The position numbers were made by a program, and so were the translations under genes. DNA of 60,699 nucleotides, counting the filler, from Candidatus Woesearchaeota archaeon (lineage in GTDB: Archaea; Nanobdellota; Nanobdellia; Woesearchaeales; ARS49): the NCBI GenBank assembly GCA_016188265.1. It is 4 parts of 4 records of this genome, joined end to end, with 100 filler letters (N's around TTAATTAATTAA, not from the genome) between each part and the next. Parts side by side here need not be neighbours in the genome. Positions count along the whole stretch, not along the records: positions 13,432 to 24,536 come from JACPID010000011.1; positions 24,637 to 55,571 come from JACPID010000012.1; 2 more parts are not named here. The stretch is one strand, 5' to 3'. Below are positions 19,168-28,279 of the stretch, piece after piece. Every line of letters begins with the position of its first letter. Position 1 is the stretch's first letter. The notes below the pieces were generated by a model. That model was given only the letters and a program-made list of their open reading frames with translations. It made no database searches and was not told where the DNA came from.

Positions 19168-19707
19168 ATGGTGATTTATTTTGTTACTGGGAGTAAAGAT
19201 AAATTAATAGAAGCTCAACAAATTATTCCTGAGATAAAACAAGTTAGTTTTGATCTTCCTGAAATTCAAAGTCTTGATGCAAGAGAAATAATCAGGCATA
19301 AACTCAATGAAGCGCTAAAAACTATTGATGATGCAGTTATTGTTGAAGATACTGCTCTTCATTTGGATTGTATTAATAGTCTTCCGGGGCCTTTAATAAA
19401 ATGGTTTATGAATGCAGTTAAAAAAGAAGGATTGTGGAGAATAGCTGACCTTCACAAAGATTATGGCGCTACAGCCAGAACAATTATTGGTTACACATCA
19501 AAAGAGCAAGTTTTTCATTTTTTTGAAGGTGAATTAAAAGGAACTATCGTAGAACCAAAAGGAGATAAAGGCTTTGGCTGGGATGCTATATTTCAACCAG
19601 ATAATTATTCTGTTTCTATGGGTGAGTTATCTCTTGAAGAAAAAAATAAAATAAGCATGAGAAGTATTGCTTTTAAGAAATTAAGGGAGTTTTTATTGGT
19701 CAATTGA
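19168..19707 (+). CDS. rdgB: non-canonical purine NTP pyrophosphatase (Ham1/RdgB family)
   Basis: EIQS, VEDT, LPGPLIKWF, GFGWDAIF, SMR. Confidence 0.93.
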   Translation: MVIYFVTGSKDKLIEAQQIIPEIKQVSFDLPEIQSLDAREIIRHKLNEALKTIDDAVIVEDTALHLDCINSLPGPLIKWFMNAVKKEGLWRIADLHKDYGATARTIIGYTSKEQVFHFFEGELKGTIVEPKGDKGFGWDAIFQPDNYSVSMGELSLEEKNKISMRSIAFKKLREFLLVN

Positions 19708-19716
19708 TTATATTTA

Positions 19717-20400
19717 TTATAAAGGCAGCACTCCTAAAAGTTTTCCTACAATATATCCCAATACTGCTGCTGCTAAACCAATGCTAGTAATTTCTAAGCC
19801 AGACTTATACCAAACACCTTGTGTTGCCAATGCTTTAACTGAACCTAAAGAGAACAGAACTACCAGTGAGAGAAAGAATGAAGCAATAACTCCGGAATTT
19901 ATTTGAAGAAAAAAGAAAGGAAGTATTGGAACTGCTGAACCGATAACTGATGAAAGTCCAACTATTAATCCGCTTTTAAATGGGTTTTCATACTCTCTGG
20001 GCGTTGTTTCAAATTCTTCACATAAAATTGTGCTAAGCCATGCTTTTTTCTTTGAAGCAATAATTGACACTGCTTGCTCAAGAGCTCTTCCTGTTAATCC
20101 TTTTTTAGAAAATATTTTTCTTAAATGAGTTATTATTTTTTTAGGAGCTTTTTCAAATTGTCCTTTTTCAACTTCTTCAAGACTTTGGTAATAATCTTTT
20201 GCAGCTTTACTAGAAGTATAAGCAACAGCTCCCATAGAAAGACTTTCAGCAACAAGAGCAGCAATGCCAGAAATAATAATCATTTTCGGACTTTTAGTGG
20301 CAGAAGCAACAGTTAAAACAATACCTAAAACATTAACCAACCCATCTTGCCCCCCTAGGATGATATCTTTAAGATTATATCTGCCGTGGTTGTTTATCAA
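19717..20400 (-). CDS. VIT1/CCC1 family metal transporter
   Basis: ILGGQDGLV, AESLSMGAVAY; AGGTGA before TTG start. Confidence 0.92.
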   Translation of the reverse strand: MINNHGRYNLKDIILGGQDGLVNVLGIVLTVASATKSPKMIIISGIAALVAESLSMGAVAYTSSKAAKDYYQSLEEVEKGQFEKAPKKIITHLRKIFSKKGLTGRALEQAVSIIASKKKAWLSTILCEEFETTPREYENPFKSGLIVGLSSVIGSAVPILPFFFLQINSGVIASFFLSLVVLFSLGSVKALATQGVWYKSGLEITSIGLAAAVLGYIVGKLLGVLPL

Positions 20401-20568
20401 TTTATCACCTTTTTCGATATGCTGAAAATGACTCTTGACGTACTCTGCTGAGTTTAGTTTGTATTAAGAAATATTATTATATAAATGTTCTTGATCATGT
20501 AAAGGCTGACTTTCGGCAGTTGCCAATGTTTAACTTCTTTCTGTTAACTTAGTATGTATTAGTTATAT

Positions 20569-20707
20569 GTCAAAAACTGCTCTTGACTAACACTACTGAC
20601 TTTAGTCTGTAGTAAGGACGAGCAGTTTTTGAGCATGATCAAGAACTACTTGATTATTTAGTGGCTGTGTGTAAACACGTTACCTACTTTAGTAGGTAGT
20701 TCTTGAC
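20569..20707. repeat. Modular palindromic repeat (module C + module B)
   Basis: TCAAAAACTGCTC...GAGCAGTTTTTGA then ATCAAGAACTAC...GTAGTTCTTGAC. Confidence 0.9.
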
Positions 20708-20881
20708 AAATCAGTTCTCGAACAAAAAATTGCAATATGGAACGAACTCAAAAATGTCTAGCAGTTTCGAGTTGTTTAGTAGTTTCGGGATAACAGACGG
20801 TTTCTCGGTCATTAAGAGGGCGTTAAGCCATTTGAAAAAAGACTTTTTAACGATTTCTCGACGATAAAAAACTGAAAATCA

Positions 20882-21955
20882 TTAAGAGGGTGTTATCAAA
20901 AGGGCGATTCCAACGAAAGTGATAAACAGCACCGTCGCAAGGACGAGCCTTTTGTGAAGCCGGCCCCGTTCTTCCTCTCGTATGCGCGGTGGCATCGTGT
21001 TGATCTCTTTATTCTTCTTGACTGCGTATGGTATAAGCGCTAAGAAAATCATGGTTGCAAAAGCCAGCCATCCTGCAAAGTATGGCGCTTCAAACAATCC
21101 TGTTGCAACCTCGTGACCTGGCATCTCAGCAAGCGGGGGTGTCAGTGCAGCGATGAGCCAGTTCCATGCTCGATGATAAGGACCTTCTTCCCACCACATC
21201 ATGCCTAGCAAGCCGTAATTCATGATGAGTGGACCGAGCGCAATTAATGCCCAGCCAGTCACGCGGTTTATGGTCGCGCTTCCTTTACGAACAAGGTCAA
21301 GCATGTTGACTCCGATGATACCAAGGATGGCAAAGAAGATCAAGGGCAAAGCTCGCCCCAGACCATGTACAAAACCCAAGCCCGCACCAATTGCGGCACT
21401 TCCCGTTGTTGCAATATAAGTGAGCAATACGTAAAATGCAGGGTTCGGACACCCAATTCCTGCATTGCCAGAGAAAAGTCCGAAAAAGAATGATTTGAGA
21501 TAGTCTCCGCGCGCAGTTACCCATGTTGGAAAGCTGCCGCGATACGTTGGCAGAATAATGTGTAAAATGTCAAGCTCAGAAAAGCCAAAGATATACGCTG
21601 CAAGTCCTGCCACGACAAACATTCCTCGGGTGATTCGGTCGAGTCCGAGATATTTCCCGAGCTGCGAGATCAACAAGCCATAGGCAGTGATAGTAATAGT
21701 CAGTCCGAGACCAAATAAGAGCGCCATGAAGAATCCTTTTTTGTAGCCTTTACCCATCGTCATGGGCACTATCACAAAAACCCATGGCAGCGTACAGGGA
21801 AGAAAAATCATTGAAAGCCCAGCAGCAAATGAGAGCGCGACACCAACAGGATGACCTGTTACTCGCGCAAGCCAGAAAAGACCTGCAAAGATGATTAGAA
21901 AAAGGAAAAGTGCTATCGCGATAAAAATTCCCTTGTATGTTTTGTTATCTGTCAA
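20882..21955 (-). CDS. ccdA: CcdA/DsbD-type transmembrane disulfide transfer protein
   Basis: GLSMIFLPCTLP and GIGCPNP cysteines, multi-TM; GC-rich relative to flanks. Confidence 0.8.
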   Translation of the reverse strand: MTDNKTYKGIFIAIALFLFLIIFAGLFWLARVTGHPVGVALSFAAGLSMIFLPCTLPWVFVIVPMTMGKGYKKGFFMALLFGLGLTITITAYGLLISQLGKYLGLDRITRGMFVVAGLAAYIFGFSELDILHIILPTYRGSFPTWVTARGDYLKSFFFGLFSGNAGIGCPNPAFYVLLTYIATTGSAAIGAGLGFVHGLGRALPLIFFAILGIIGVNMLDLVRKGSATINRVTGWALIALGPLIMNYGLLGMMWWEEGPYHRAWNWLIAALTPPLAEMPGHEVATGLFEAPYFAGWLAFATMIFLALIPYAVKKNKEINTMPPRIREEERGRLHKRLVLATVLFITFVGIALLITPS

Positions 21956-22218
21956 AATGAATCACACTCTTTTTATTCTTGTTTGCCATATAACAATAAA
22001 AATGTTATGCTTTGGTTACTATTACAACTCAAACTTTATTTTATAATACGTCCACACGCAAAAGAAAAATGCAAAAATCGCAAAGAAAAGCTGCTGCGTG
22101 TTTTGCGATTATGGAGACAGGAAATGTCCTGTGGCGGAGAAACTTCTTCAAAATGCTCGATTTTCATTTGTATAGTTAAACAATATCTTTTTATAAGCGG
22201 AATGGTATTTGAGAAAAT

Positions 22219-22482
22219 ATGGCTGAAGCAAAACAAAAAAAGAAGAAGGCAAAGGTCAGGATTTACTCAACGCCGACGTGTTCGTATTGCAAGGCTGCAA
22301 AGGAATTTTTGAAAGAGAACAAGATTGAATATGAGGACATCGACGTTAGCAAAAATCAGACTGCTGCACAAGAAATGATAGAAAAAAGCGGCCAGATGGG
22401 AGTTCCTGTCTTGGACATTGAAGGCACCATTATCGTGGGATTCGATCGTGACGCAATCAAAAAAGCACTGAAGATCAAGTAA
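22219..22482 (+). CDS. glutaredoxin-like protein (NrdH/YruB type)
   Basis: YSTPTCSYC, SGQMGVPV, IVGFD. Confidence 0.93.
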   Translation: MAEAKQKKKKAKVRIYSTPTCSYCKAAKEFLKENKIEYEDIDVSKNQTAAQEMIEKSGQMGVPVLDIEGTIIVGFDRDAIKKALKIK

Positions 22483-22511
22483 TTGCAAACTCGCCCTTCG
22501 GCGCATCCCAA

Positions 22512-22533
22512 CCGCAGCAAGCTGCGGGGTATT
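22512..22533. repeat. GC hairpin CCGCAGC-AA-GCTGCGG-GGTATT (IS200/IS605-end or REP-like)
   Basis: Perfect 7-bp stem; family assignment is inference. Confidence 0.5.
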
Positions 22534-22618
22534 ACACTCAATCCGATAATAAACACGCGAGTACATACGAGTGCTTTGTGTCAATATTTTAATAGGTCTC
22601 CGTATTCGGTCTTTGATA

Positions 22619-23155
22619 TCAAGCAATGCTATGGCCTAAGGCATTTTTAACAGCATAGATATCACCAGTCTTCTCCCACAATAATGTAGCATAAGTGTGC
22701 CTTAACGTATGAAAATTATACTTTCTAATTTTTCTACCTGCACTATCAATACGTTCAACATCTCTCAAGCCAGCTTTTTCTAAACAAACCCAATACTTCT
22801 TCTCTAAATGAGCTAAGCTAAGATGTTTATTGGGAAAAGTAATACTAGGAAAAAGATACTCATTATTACCAATAACATCAAACCACATCTTCAAAGGAAT
22901 TATAACATGTTGCGGCAGAGCAACCATTCTATCTTTACCATAACCTTCAATACTTTTGTTAGGACTCTTGCCATTAACAATTTTTAAAAATCTTTTTTCA
23001 AAATCAAAATCACACTTACGAAGTTTAACAACTTCACCAATACGCAAACCACAGAATAAAGCCAAGAAAATTGCTATCATAACATCAGGCTCTTGAGTTA
23101 CATCAAACAACTTTAAAATTTGATGTTTATTCAAATAATTAGGGATCTTTCTCAT
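22619..23155 (-). pseudogene. tyrosine recombinase, catalytic domain only, truncated before the catalytic Tyr
   Basis: GLRIGE, GKDR, FHTLRHTYAT, ALGHS then stop. Confidence 0.85.
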
Positions 23156-23157
23156 TT

Positions 23158-23568
23158 TTATAATACCTCACTTACAGTTTTTCTAATCAATTCCATCATA
23201 CGCCAAGTTAAACTCAACTCCTTGCCTAATTCTTTATTCTTAGCTAAACAAATAGCTTTTTTCTGAGAAATCCTTCCTTCAATCAAGTCATGTTTTATAT
23301 CCTCAGGTAATCTACTTGATAAATACCAATTACGAACACGTTGAGGACTTAATTTTTGACTAACAATATATTCATAAACTTTCAACTCAAATTTAGTAAT
23401 GTTCTTAATACGTCCATAATGGTAATCACTACAACGCTTAAGAACTTGTCCTAATACAGCTTTATCAACACCTAAAACACCAACAATATATTCTCTCAAA
23501 ACAGTAAAATTCCACAAATACTTTTTCTGAAGCTTTAAGTTATACCGTTCTGAATAGTCTGGTTTCAT
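23158..23568 (-). CDS. hypothetical protein with ParB/Spo0J-HTH-like segment, coupled to the recombinase
   Basis: GGAGG SD; LPEDIKHDLIEGRISQKKA; 2-bp gap to recombinase. Confidence 0.65.
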   Translation of the reverse strand: MKPDYSERYNLKLQKKYLWNFTVLREYIVGVLGVDKAVLGQVLKRCSDYHYGRIKNITKFELKVYEYIVSQKLSPQRVRNWYLSSRLPEDIKHDLIEGRISQKKAICLAKNKELGKELSLTWRMMELIRKTVSEVL

Positions 23569-23690
23569 TTTTATTCCTCCAGATTGTTAGAAATCGTTTT
23601 TTCAATAAAGATTTTGTAGGCCTGTAAGGCCACAAACCACTTTTTTTTCAAAAACTTTTTAAGTAAACTTGGTTTTTTAACGCTTAAGAT

Positions 23691-23765
23691 GGGCCTGTAG
23701 CTCAGCCTGGATAGAGCGACAGCCTTCTAAGCTGAAGGTCGGGGGTTCAAATCCTCCCAGGCTCG
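23691..23765 (+). tRNA. tRNA-Arg(TCT)
   Basis: Acceptor GGGCCTG/CAGGCTC, anticodon loop CTTCTAA, T-loop TTCAAAT. Confidence 0.96.
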
Positions 23766-23770
23766 CTTTA

Positions 23771-23802
23771 TTAGTTTGTGGTGGGTGGTCTGTGGTTTGT
23801 GG
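23771..23802. repeat. heptamer tandem repeat (GT-rich orientation)
   Basis: TTAGTTTGTGGTGGGTGGTCTGTGGTTTGTGG. Confidence 0.7.
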
Positions 23803-23815
23803 GGGTTAATAAAGA

Positions 23816-23983
23816 ATGCTATCTAACTATGAAAACTTGGAAGTTTGGAAATTAGCGCACAACTTCACAAATATCAGAAAAGATAAGTACGAAAAGTATC
23901 AACAAAGAATAAATCAAATCCAAAAAATGCTAATGGGACTAATCAAATCCCTGCAAAATAAAACAAACAAGGAAGGTGAATAA
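23816..23983 (+). pseudogene. internally deleted four-helix-bundle (TIGR02436/IVP-like) gene, 55 aa
   Basis: N-terminal YENLEVWKLAH joined to C-terminal IQKMLMGLIKSL with the middle missing. Confidence 0.7.
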
Positions 23984-24001
23984 GCATAGAAATTGGTACA
24001 A

Positions 24002-24052
24002 AAACTACCACTTACTACAAACTACTGACCACAAACCACTTACTACAAACCA
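24002..24052. repeat. heptamer tandem repeat (CA-rich orientation)
   Basis: AAACTACCACTTACTACAAACTACTGACCACAAACCACTTACTACAAACCA. Confidence 0.7.
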
Positions 24053-24053
24053 A

Positions 24054-24224
24054 TTAATCTTTATTGCCCCAGTTAAATTCTTCTTTTTCTACTTCATCTA
24101 GTATTTTTTGTGCTTCGCCTTCAGAATTATCAATGATGGTTCCTTCTGCAGAACAATAAGGGCAGATATTTGGTTTCTTAATTATTGCAAATTTAAACCT
24201 GCATTCTTTGCACATTACTTTCAT
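24054..24224 (-). CDS. small Zn-ribbon protein (56 aa; not in ORF track)
   Basis: MKVMCKECRFKF..ICPYCSAEG. Confidence 0.7.
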   Translation of the reverse strand: MKVMCKECRFKFAIIKKPNICPYCSAEGTIIDNSEGEAQKILDEVEKEEFNWGNKD

Positions 24225-24282
24225 ATTTTTATATTGGTGTTTTAGTGTTTTTAAGCATTACTATTCAAAACTTTCTTTAATC

Positions 24283-24423
24283 TAATTGAGGACATAAGTA
24301 AATTATATTATTACTTAACTTTACCACGTGAAAAGTAAATACAACTGTGAAAAAATAATAATGGAATTCCAAACTTACTACTTAGTCAGATGAAGTGGCA
24401 AAGTTAAGTATTATCCTCAATTA
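24283..24423. repeat. TAATTGAGGA...TCCTCAATTA palindromic element with nested inverted repeat
   Basis: Outer and inner IRs (TACTTAACTTT/AAAGTTAAGTA); first 25 bp identical to 57224-57248. Confidence 0.75.
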
Positions 24424-24428
24424 TATTG

Positions 24429-24536
24429 AAACACTAAGATTCCACTATTGTTTCACTAGTGGTTTAGTACTGGAATCTTGGTGTGATCAAGAACTACTTA
24501 ATCATTTAGTAGCTGTGTGTAAACACGCTACCTACT
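24429..24536. repeat. Modular palindromic repeat (module A + module B), cut by contig end
   Basis: Matches 3611-3667 and 1-80. Confidence 0.9.
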
Positions 24537-24636
24537 NNNNNNNNNNNNNNNNNNNNNNNNNNNNNNNNNNNNNNNNNNNNTTAATTAATTAANNNNNNNN
24601 NNNNNNNNNNNNNNNNNNNNNNNNNNNNNNNNNNNN
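24537..24636. other. artificial contig spacer
   Basis: Ns + TTAATTAATTAA. Confidence 0.98.
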
Positions 24637-24703
24637 GTGCTACTTCACTTTGTTCAGTCCCACAAAATTATTTAAAAACATAGCCTTTACTCACCTAAAA
24701 TAT

Positions 24704-24776
24704 GCCTCTGTAGCATAGTAGCTATTGCGCTACCTTGGTAAGGTAGAGGTCGCGGGTGCAGATCCCGCCAGAGGCT
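24704..24776 (+). tRNA. tRNA-Thr(GGT)
   Basis: Acceptor GCCTCTG/CAGAGGC, anticodon arm CTACC-TTGGTAA-GGTAG; atypical T-loop TGCAGAT. Confidence 0.9.
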
Positions 24777-24977
24777 TATTTTTCTTCAATTTTTGGTAAA
24801 TAGAATGAGTTCCACATGTGTGTGGGCTTACAACTTGGGTTACGTTGATCTCTACAGGTGACCACATGTTTGACTTTTGTGGTCACCTGAAATCAAAACC
24901 ATTTTATCTTTTTTAGTGTTTAATTTTTGCACCTGCCTGTTCTTTAACAAGATTGAATAGAGTGTCAAAAATTCAGA

Positions 24978-25796
24978 TCATTCACCAGTTAATCTTGCTG
25001 CATGTTCTAGTGTTAGTGCTTCTTGCCATGATAGGTCTGAGATGTTTTGTCCGTTGTTTGAGCTTACATTGTAATCATGGCTTTTGTAGGAGTGGAATGT
25101 TGATCCATCTTCTGAAAGGTATAATACATACTCGCCAGTTAATCCTTCAAGTTCTGGTAGATAAATTGTATATGTTTCTTTGCCAGATTTTATTGTAACT
25201 TCTTGTTTGTTTAAGTGTGTTTTGCCCCATAAACTTATACCTAGAATGCCTCCGTCAAGATTTGCTTTTTTCTCTTCTCCGCCTTCTCTTGGAAGAATGT
25301 TGTATACTTCTTCTCCTAGTGTTTTTTTATCTGGGTTTTCATATAAAACAAGCAGGCCAGATTCTAAGTCTGGTGCTTCTACATCGCTGATTTTTGTTAA
25401 TCTTAATGGTGTCAATACCCAGAATTTCGTTAAAGCGCTAACGCCTTTGTTTTTATAATTGTCTATGCATGATACTTTCCAGGTGTTTTTGCCAGGAGCA
25501 ACTGTTACATTTTCTGTTTGTTCAATTAAAGCATCATTAAGGTATACGCTGCAATTTTTTACTGGTTCAGATGCATTGTATGAAAAATATATCTTGTTTT
25601 GTTGAAGTACTTGTCCTTCTTTTGGGCTTATTAAATTCACAACTGGCGGTTCTCTATCTATATTTAATCGGTACAATAAAACTGCAACACTAACTATAAC
25701 CAATAAACCTAGTATGCCAAATACTAGATTTTTGTAGAATCTTCTGCGTTTTTCTGCTTCCCAAGGATCGTTTACTTCAATATGGACATATCCCAC
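24978..25796 (-). CDS. membrane-anchored protein with Ig-like domain
   Basis: Single TM then DREPPVVNLISP..NCSVYLN..WKVSCID. Confidence 0.65.
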   Translation of the reverse strand: MGYVHIEVNDPWEAEKRRRFYKNLVFGILGLLVIVSVAVLLYRLNIDREPPVVNLISPKEGQVLQQNKIYFSYNASEPVKNCSVYLNDALIEQTENVTVAPGKNTWKVSCIDNYKNKGVSALTKFWVLTPLRLTKISDVEAPDLESGLLVLYENPDKKTLGEEVYNILPREGGEEKKANLDGGILGISLWGKTHLNKQEVTIKSGKETYTIYLPELEGLTGEYVLYLSEDGSTFHSYKSHDYNVSSNNGQNISDLSWQEALTLEHAARLTGE

Positions 25797-25894
25797 AAAC
25801 TCACCTTTTTTTATATTAATTATGTTTGTTATTAAAAAGAATATATAAACTTATCGTCCATTAAACTTTAAATAATGTAATCTTTCAAGTTTGT

Positions 25895-26986
25895 ATGAAA
25901 TATTTATTTGCACTTATTTTAGCTGCTTCTCTGGGTTGTACTTCTATAACTCCTGATAGAGCATATCAATCTCGTGTCAGAATTAATGATGAAAAGTATC
26001 AAGAAATTGTTGGTGTTATTCATGTTCATACAAAATATTCACATGATAGTTTAGGAACTCTTGAGCAAATAATTTCAGCTGCAAATGATAGTAAAAGTGA
26101 TTTTGTTGTTATTACAGATCATAATTCTCGCGGTTATTCAAAAGCTGAAGGATTAGATCAGGGTGTGCTTGTTGTTGTTGGTGAAGAATTATCAGTTCCA
26201 GAAGCGCATGTTATTGGTTTAGGCCATGAATATGTTCCTTCAAATACTTTTGATCAAGTTATCAGAGATTTGCATTCTCAAAATGCAATTACTATAGTTG
26301 CGCATCCTTTTTCAAGTAAAAAATGGAAAAATCCTTCACCAATAATTGATGGCATTGAGGTGCATAATACTGGAAAGATGGCATCACGCGCAGGAATATT
26401 AGGCTTGTTAAAGTTTTCTTTTTTGTATTTTTTCTCTAAAAGAGAAGCAGTTGCAGGATTGTGTTGTGAAGAGCGAAACTCTATTTCATTATATGATTCT
26501 CTTAGTGCAGAAAAATCTTTGACTGCAATTGTAGGAGCTGATGCTCATGCAGTATTAGGTATTCCGCCATTTGCACTTGATAATTATAAAGATATGTTTT
26601 CAATAGCAAGAAATCATGTTTTTGTTTCACAATATTCCAAAAACAGTTTAATTGAAGCAATAAAAAAAGGCCATTGTTTTATAGGTTTTGATTATATAAG
26701 CGATAGCAGTGGATTTTTCTTTGCTGCAAAAAACAAGCATGGTGAAGCAATATCTGGAGATGCACTTTCTTATACAATTGATACAAATTTATCAGTGATG
26801 CTTCCTAGAAGAGGGCATGTTGTGCTGTATAAAGATGGACAAAGAATAAAAAACTTTAGAGGAAAATCATTTATTATTCCTGTTAAAGAGCCAGGCCTTT
26901 ACAGAGTTGAAGTGTATAAAGATGAATTTTTATTTAGCAGAGAAAAAATCTGGATAATATCTAACACAATTAATATTACTCTGTGA
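25895..26986 (+). CDS. PHP-superfamily metallohydrolase, predicted lipoprotein
   Basis: IHVHTKYSHD, ITDHN, AHP, GADAH; lipobox SLGC. Confidence 0.85.
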   Translation: MKYLFALILAASLGCTSITPDRAYQSRVRINDEKYQEIVGVIHVHTKYSHDSLGTLEQIISAANDSKSDFVVITDHNSRGYSKAEGLDQGVLVVVGEELSVPEAHVIGLGHEYVPSNTFDQVIRDLHSQNAITIVAHPFSSKKWKNPSPIIDGIEVHNTGKMASRAGILGLLKFSFLYFFSKREAVAGLCCEERNSISLYDSLSAEKSLTAIVGADAHAVLGIPPFALDNYKDMFSIARNHVFVSQYSKNSLIEAIKKGHCFIGFDYISDSSGFFFAAKNKHGEAISGDALSYTIDTNLSVMLPRRGHVVLYKDGQRIKNFRGKSFIIPVKEPGLYRVEVYKDEFLFSREKIWIISNTINITL

Positions 26987-27131
26987 ACTGTTTTTTTTCA
27001 TAATGTTTTTTCTTTAAATCTAGCTCTTCTTCAATATGTTCTTTTTTTTGTTCTTCTATTTCTTTGAAAAGTTTGCGGCTTTCTTTTGCATGCTTTTTTT
27101 CATGTTCTTTAGAGGTTTCATTTTTTTCCAT
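26976..27131 (-). CDS. small highly charged hypothetical protein (51 aa)
   Basis: Manual translation MEKNETSKEHEKKHAKESRKLFKEIEEQKK... Confidence 0.4.
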   Translation of the reverse strand: MEKNETSKEHEKKHAKESRKLFKEIEEQKKEHIEEELDLKKKHYEKKQFTE

Positions 27132-27377
27132 ATGCTATTTAAAATTTAAGAAGTATAAAAAATTATATGTTCTTGACAAGAGTTCATATCTTTCCTAAGA
27201 ATAATACCAGTAAGAATAAGCTTAATACAGCTATGAGTGTTGCAATCTTAACAAGTGTGAGATCTTTCATCAGAAATGAATTTTGCATTTATGCTTAAAT
27301 AACTTTTGTTGTAAATTTTTCGAACAACTTTTCTATCACAATAAAGCATAAAAACTAATGGCATTAATTTGATTTGT

Positions 27378-28172
27378 ATGCAAAAAAGAGTGCAAAGCCC
27401 TTCTTCTATTAAAACTTATAAGCTTTGTCCTAGAAAATATTATTACAGCTATATTAGAAAGTTAGCAACTATTCCAACAATACATTTAGTTCGTGGCCAA
27501 ATAACTCACAAAGTTTTAGAAAATTTTTTTAACATTAATGTTAATGAACTAAGTGAAGAAACCTTTGAAAATCAATTAAAAATTGAAGTTCAAAAATTAC
27601 TTGTTCAGCACTGGAAAGATTCTTCATCTGTTATTGATGCTCTTAATTTATCATCAAATCAGAAAATTTTTTATTTTGAAGAAACAATGCTCATGTTATT
27701 TAACTGGGTTGATGGGTTTATCAGAAAATTAAAATCAAGGCCAGAACCAGTTCAAGAAGCATTTCAAGTTTTGACTCCTAAGCGTGAGATTAATCTTGTT
27801 TCTAGCGAGCGGTCTGTTAGAGGAATTATTGATGCTGTTCAAGAGATTGACGGAAAAGTGCATATCCTTGACTATAAAACAAGCAGTACTTTTGATCTTA
27901 ATGAACATAAACTTCAACTAGCAATTTACGCACTTCTTTATCAAGAAAAATATGGAAAACTTCCTGACAAACTTGGTGTTTATTATTTGAAAGTCGGAGA
28001 GCAATTTATTAATATAGATCAAAGCTTATTAGATATGGCTGATAAAGAAATTAAATTAATGCATGAAAAAACCAAAAGCCAAGATATTAAGGATTATCCT
28101 AAAAATATTGGAAGCTGGTGCAAGTGGAGTGCAGGAAAGTGTGATTTTTATGAAAATTGTATTAAAGAATAG
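27378..28172 (+). CDS. PD-(D/E)XK nuclease (RecB/AddB/Cas4-like, probable Fe-S)
   Basis: SPSS..CPRKY, GIIDAV, ILDYKT, QLAIY, C-terminal Cys cluster. Confidence 0.88.
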   Translation: MQKRVQSPSSIKTYKLCPRKYYYSYIRKLATIPTIHLVRGQITHKVLENFFNINVNELSEETFENQLKIEVQKLLVQHWKDSSSVIDALNLSSNQKIFYFEETMLMLFNWVDGFIRKLKSRPEPVQEAFQVLTPKREINLVSSERSVRGIIDAVQEIDGKVHILDYKTSSTFDLNEHKLQLAIYALLYQEKYGKLPDKLGVYYLKVGEQFINIDQSLLDMADKEIKLMHEKTKSQDIKDYPKNIGSWCKWSAGKCDFYENCIKE

Positions 28173-28279
28173 AATTACAGATAAAATGCAAAAATATATA
28201 ATTATTAAAGTTTGTCTTTTTCTAATAATATTAATAATAGAACACAAACTATTAAAAATATTTACATTTAATATTTAAA

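Noticed and set aside
20401..20485. Metal riboswitch in the VIT1/CCC1 leader
   Set aside because: Short leader with only a 4-bp hairpin; no convincing yybP-ykoY or NiCo consensus
21983..22312. 109-aa ORF between ccdA and glutaredoxin
   Set aside because: Overlaps glutaredoxin out of frame, covers the divergent promoter region, no recognisable motif
22267..22626. Frameshifted continuation of the recombinase (STRMYSRV resembles TTxIY)
   Set aside because: Motif is too far from LGH, the frame is mostly antisense to glutaredoxin, and no slippery site is evident
23816..23983. Avd-like protein suggesting a diversity-generating retroelement
   Set aside because: No reverse transcriptase or TR/VR pair seen; ORF is internally deleted
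27378..28172. Cas4-like nuclease as sign of CRISPR-Cas
   Set aside because: No repeat-spacer array or other cas genes in the window; solo PD-(D/E)XK nucleases are common
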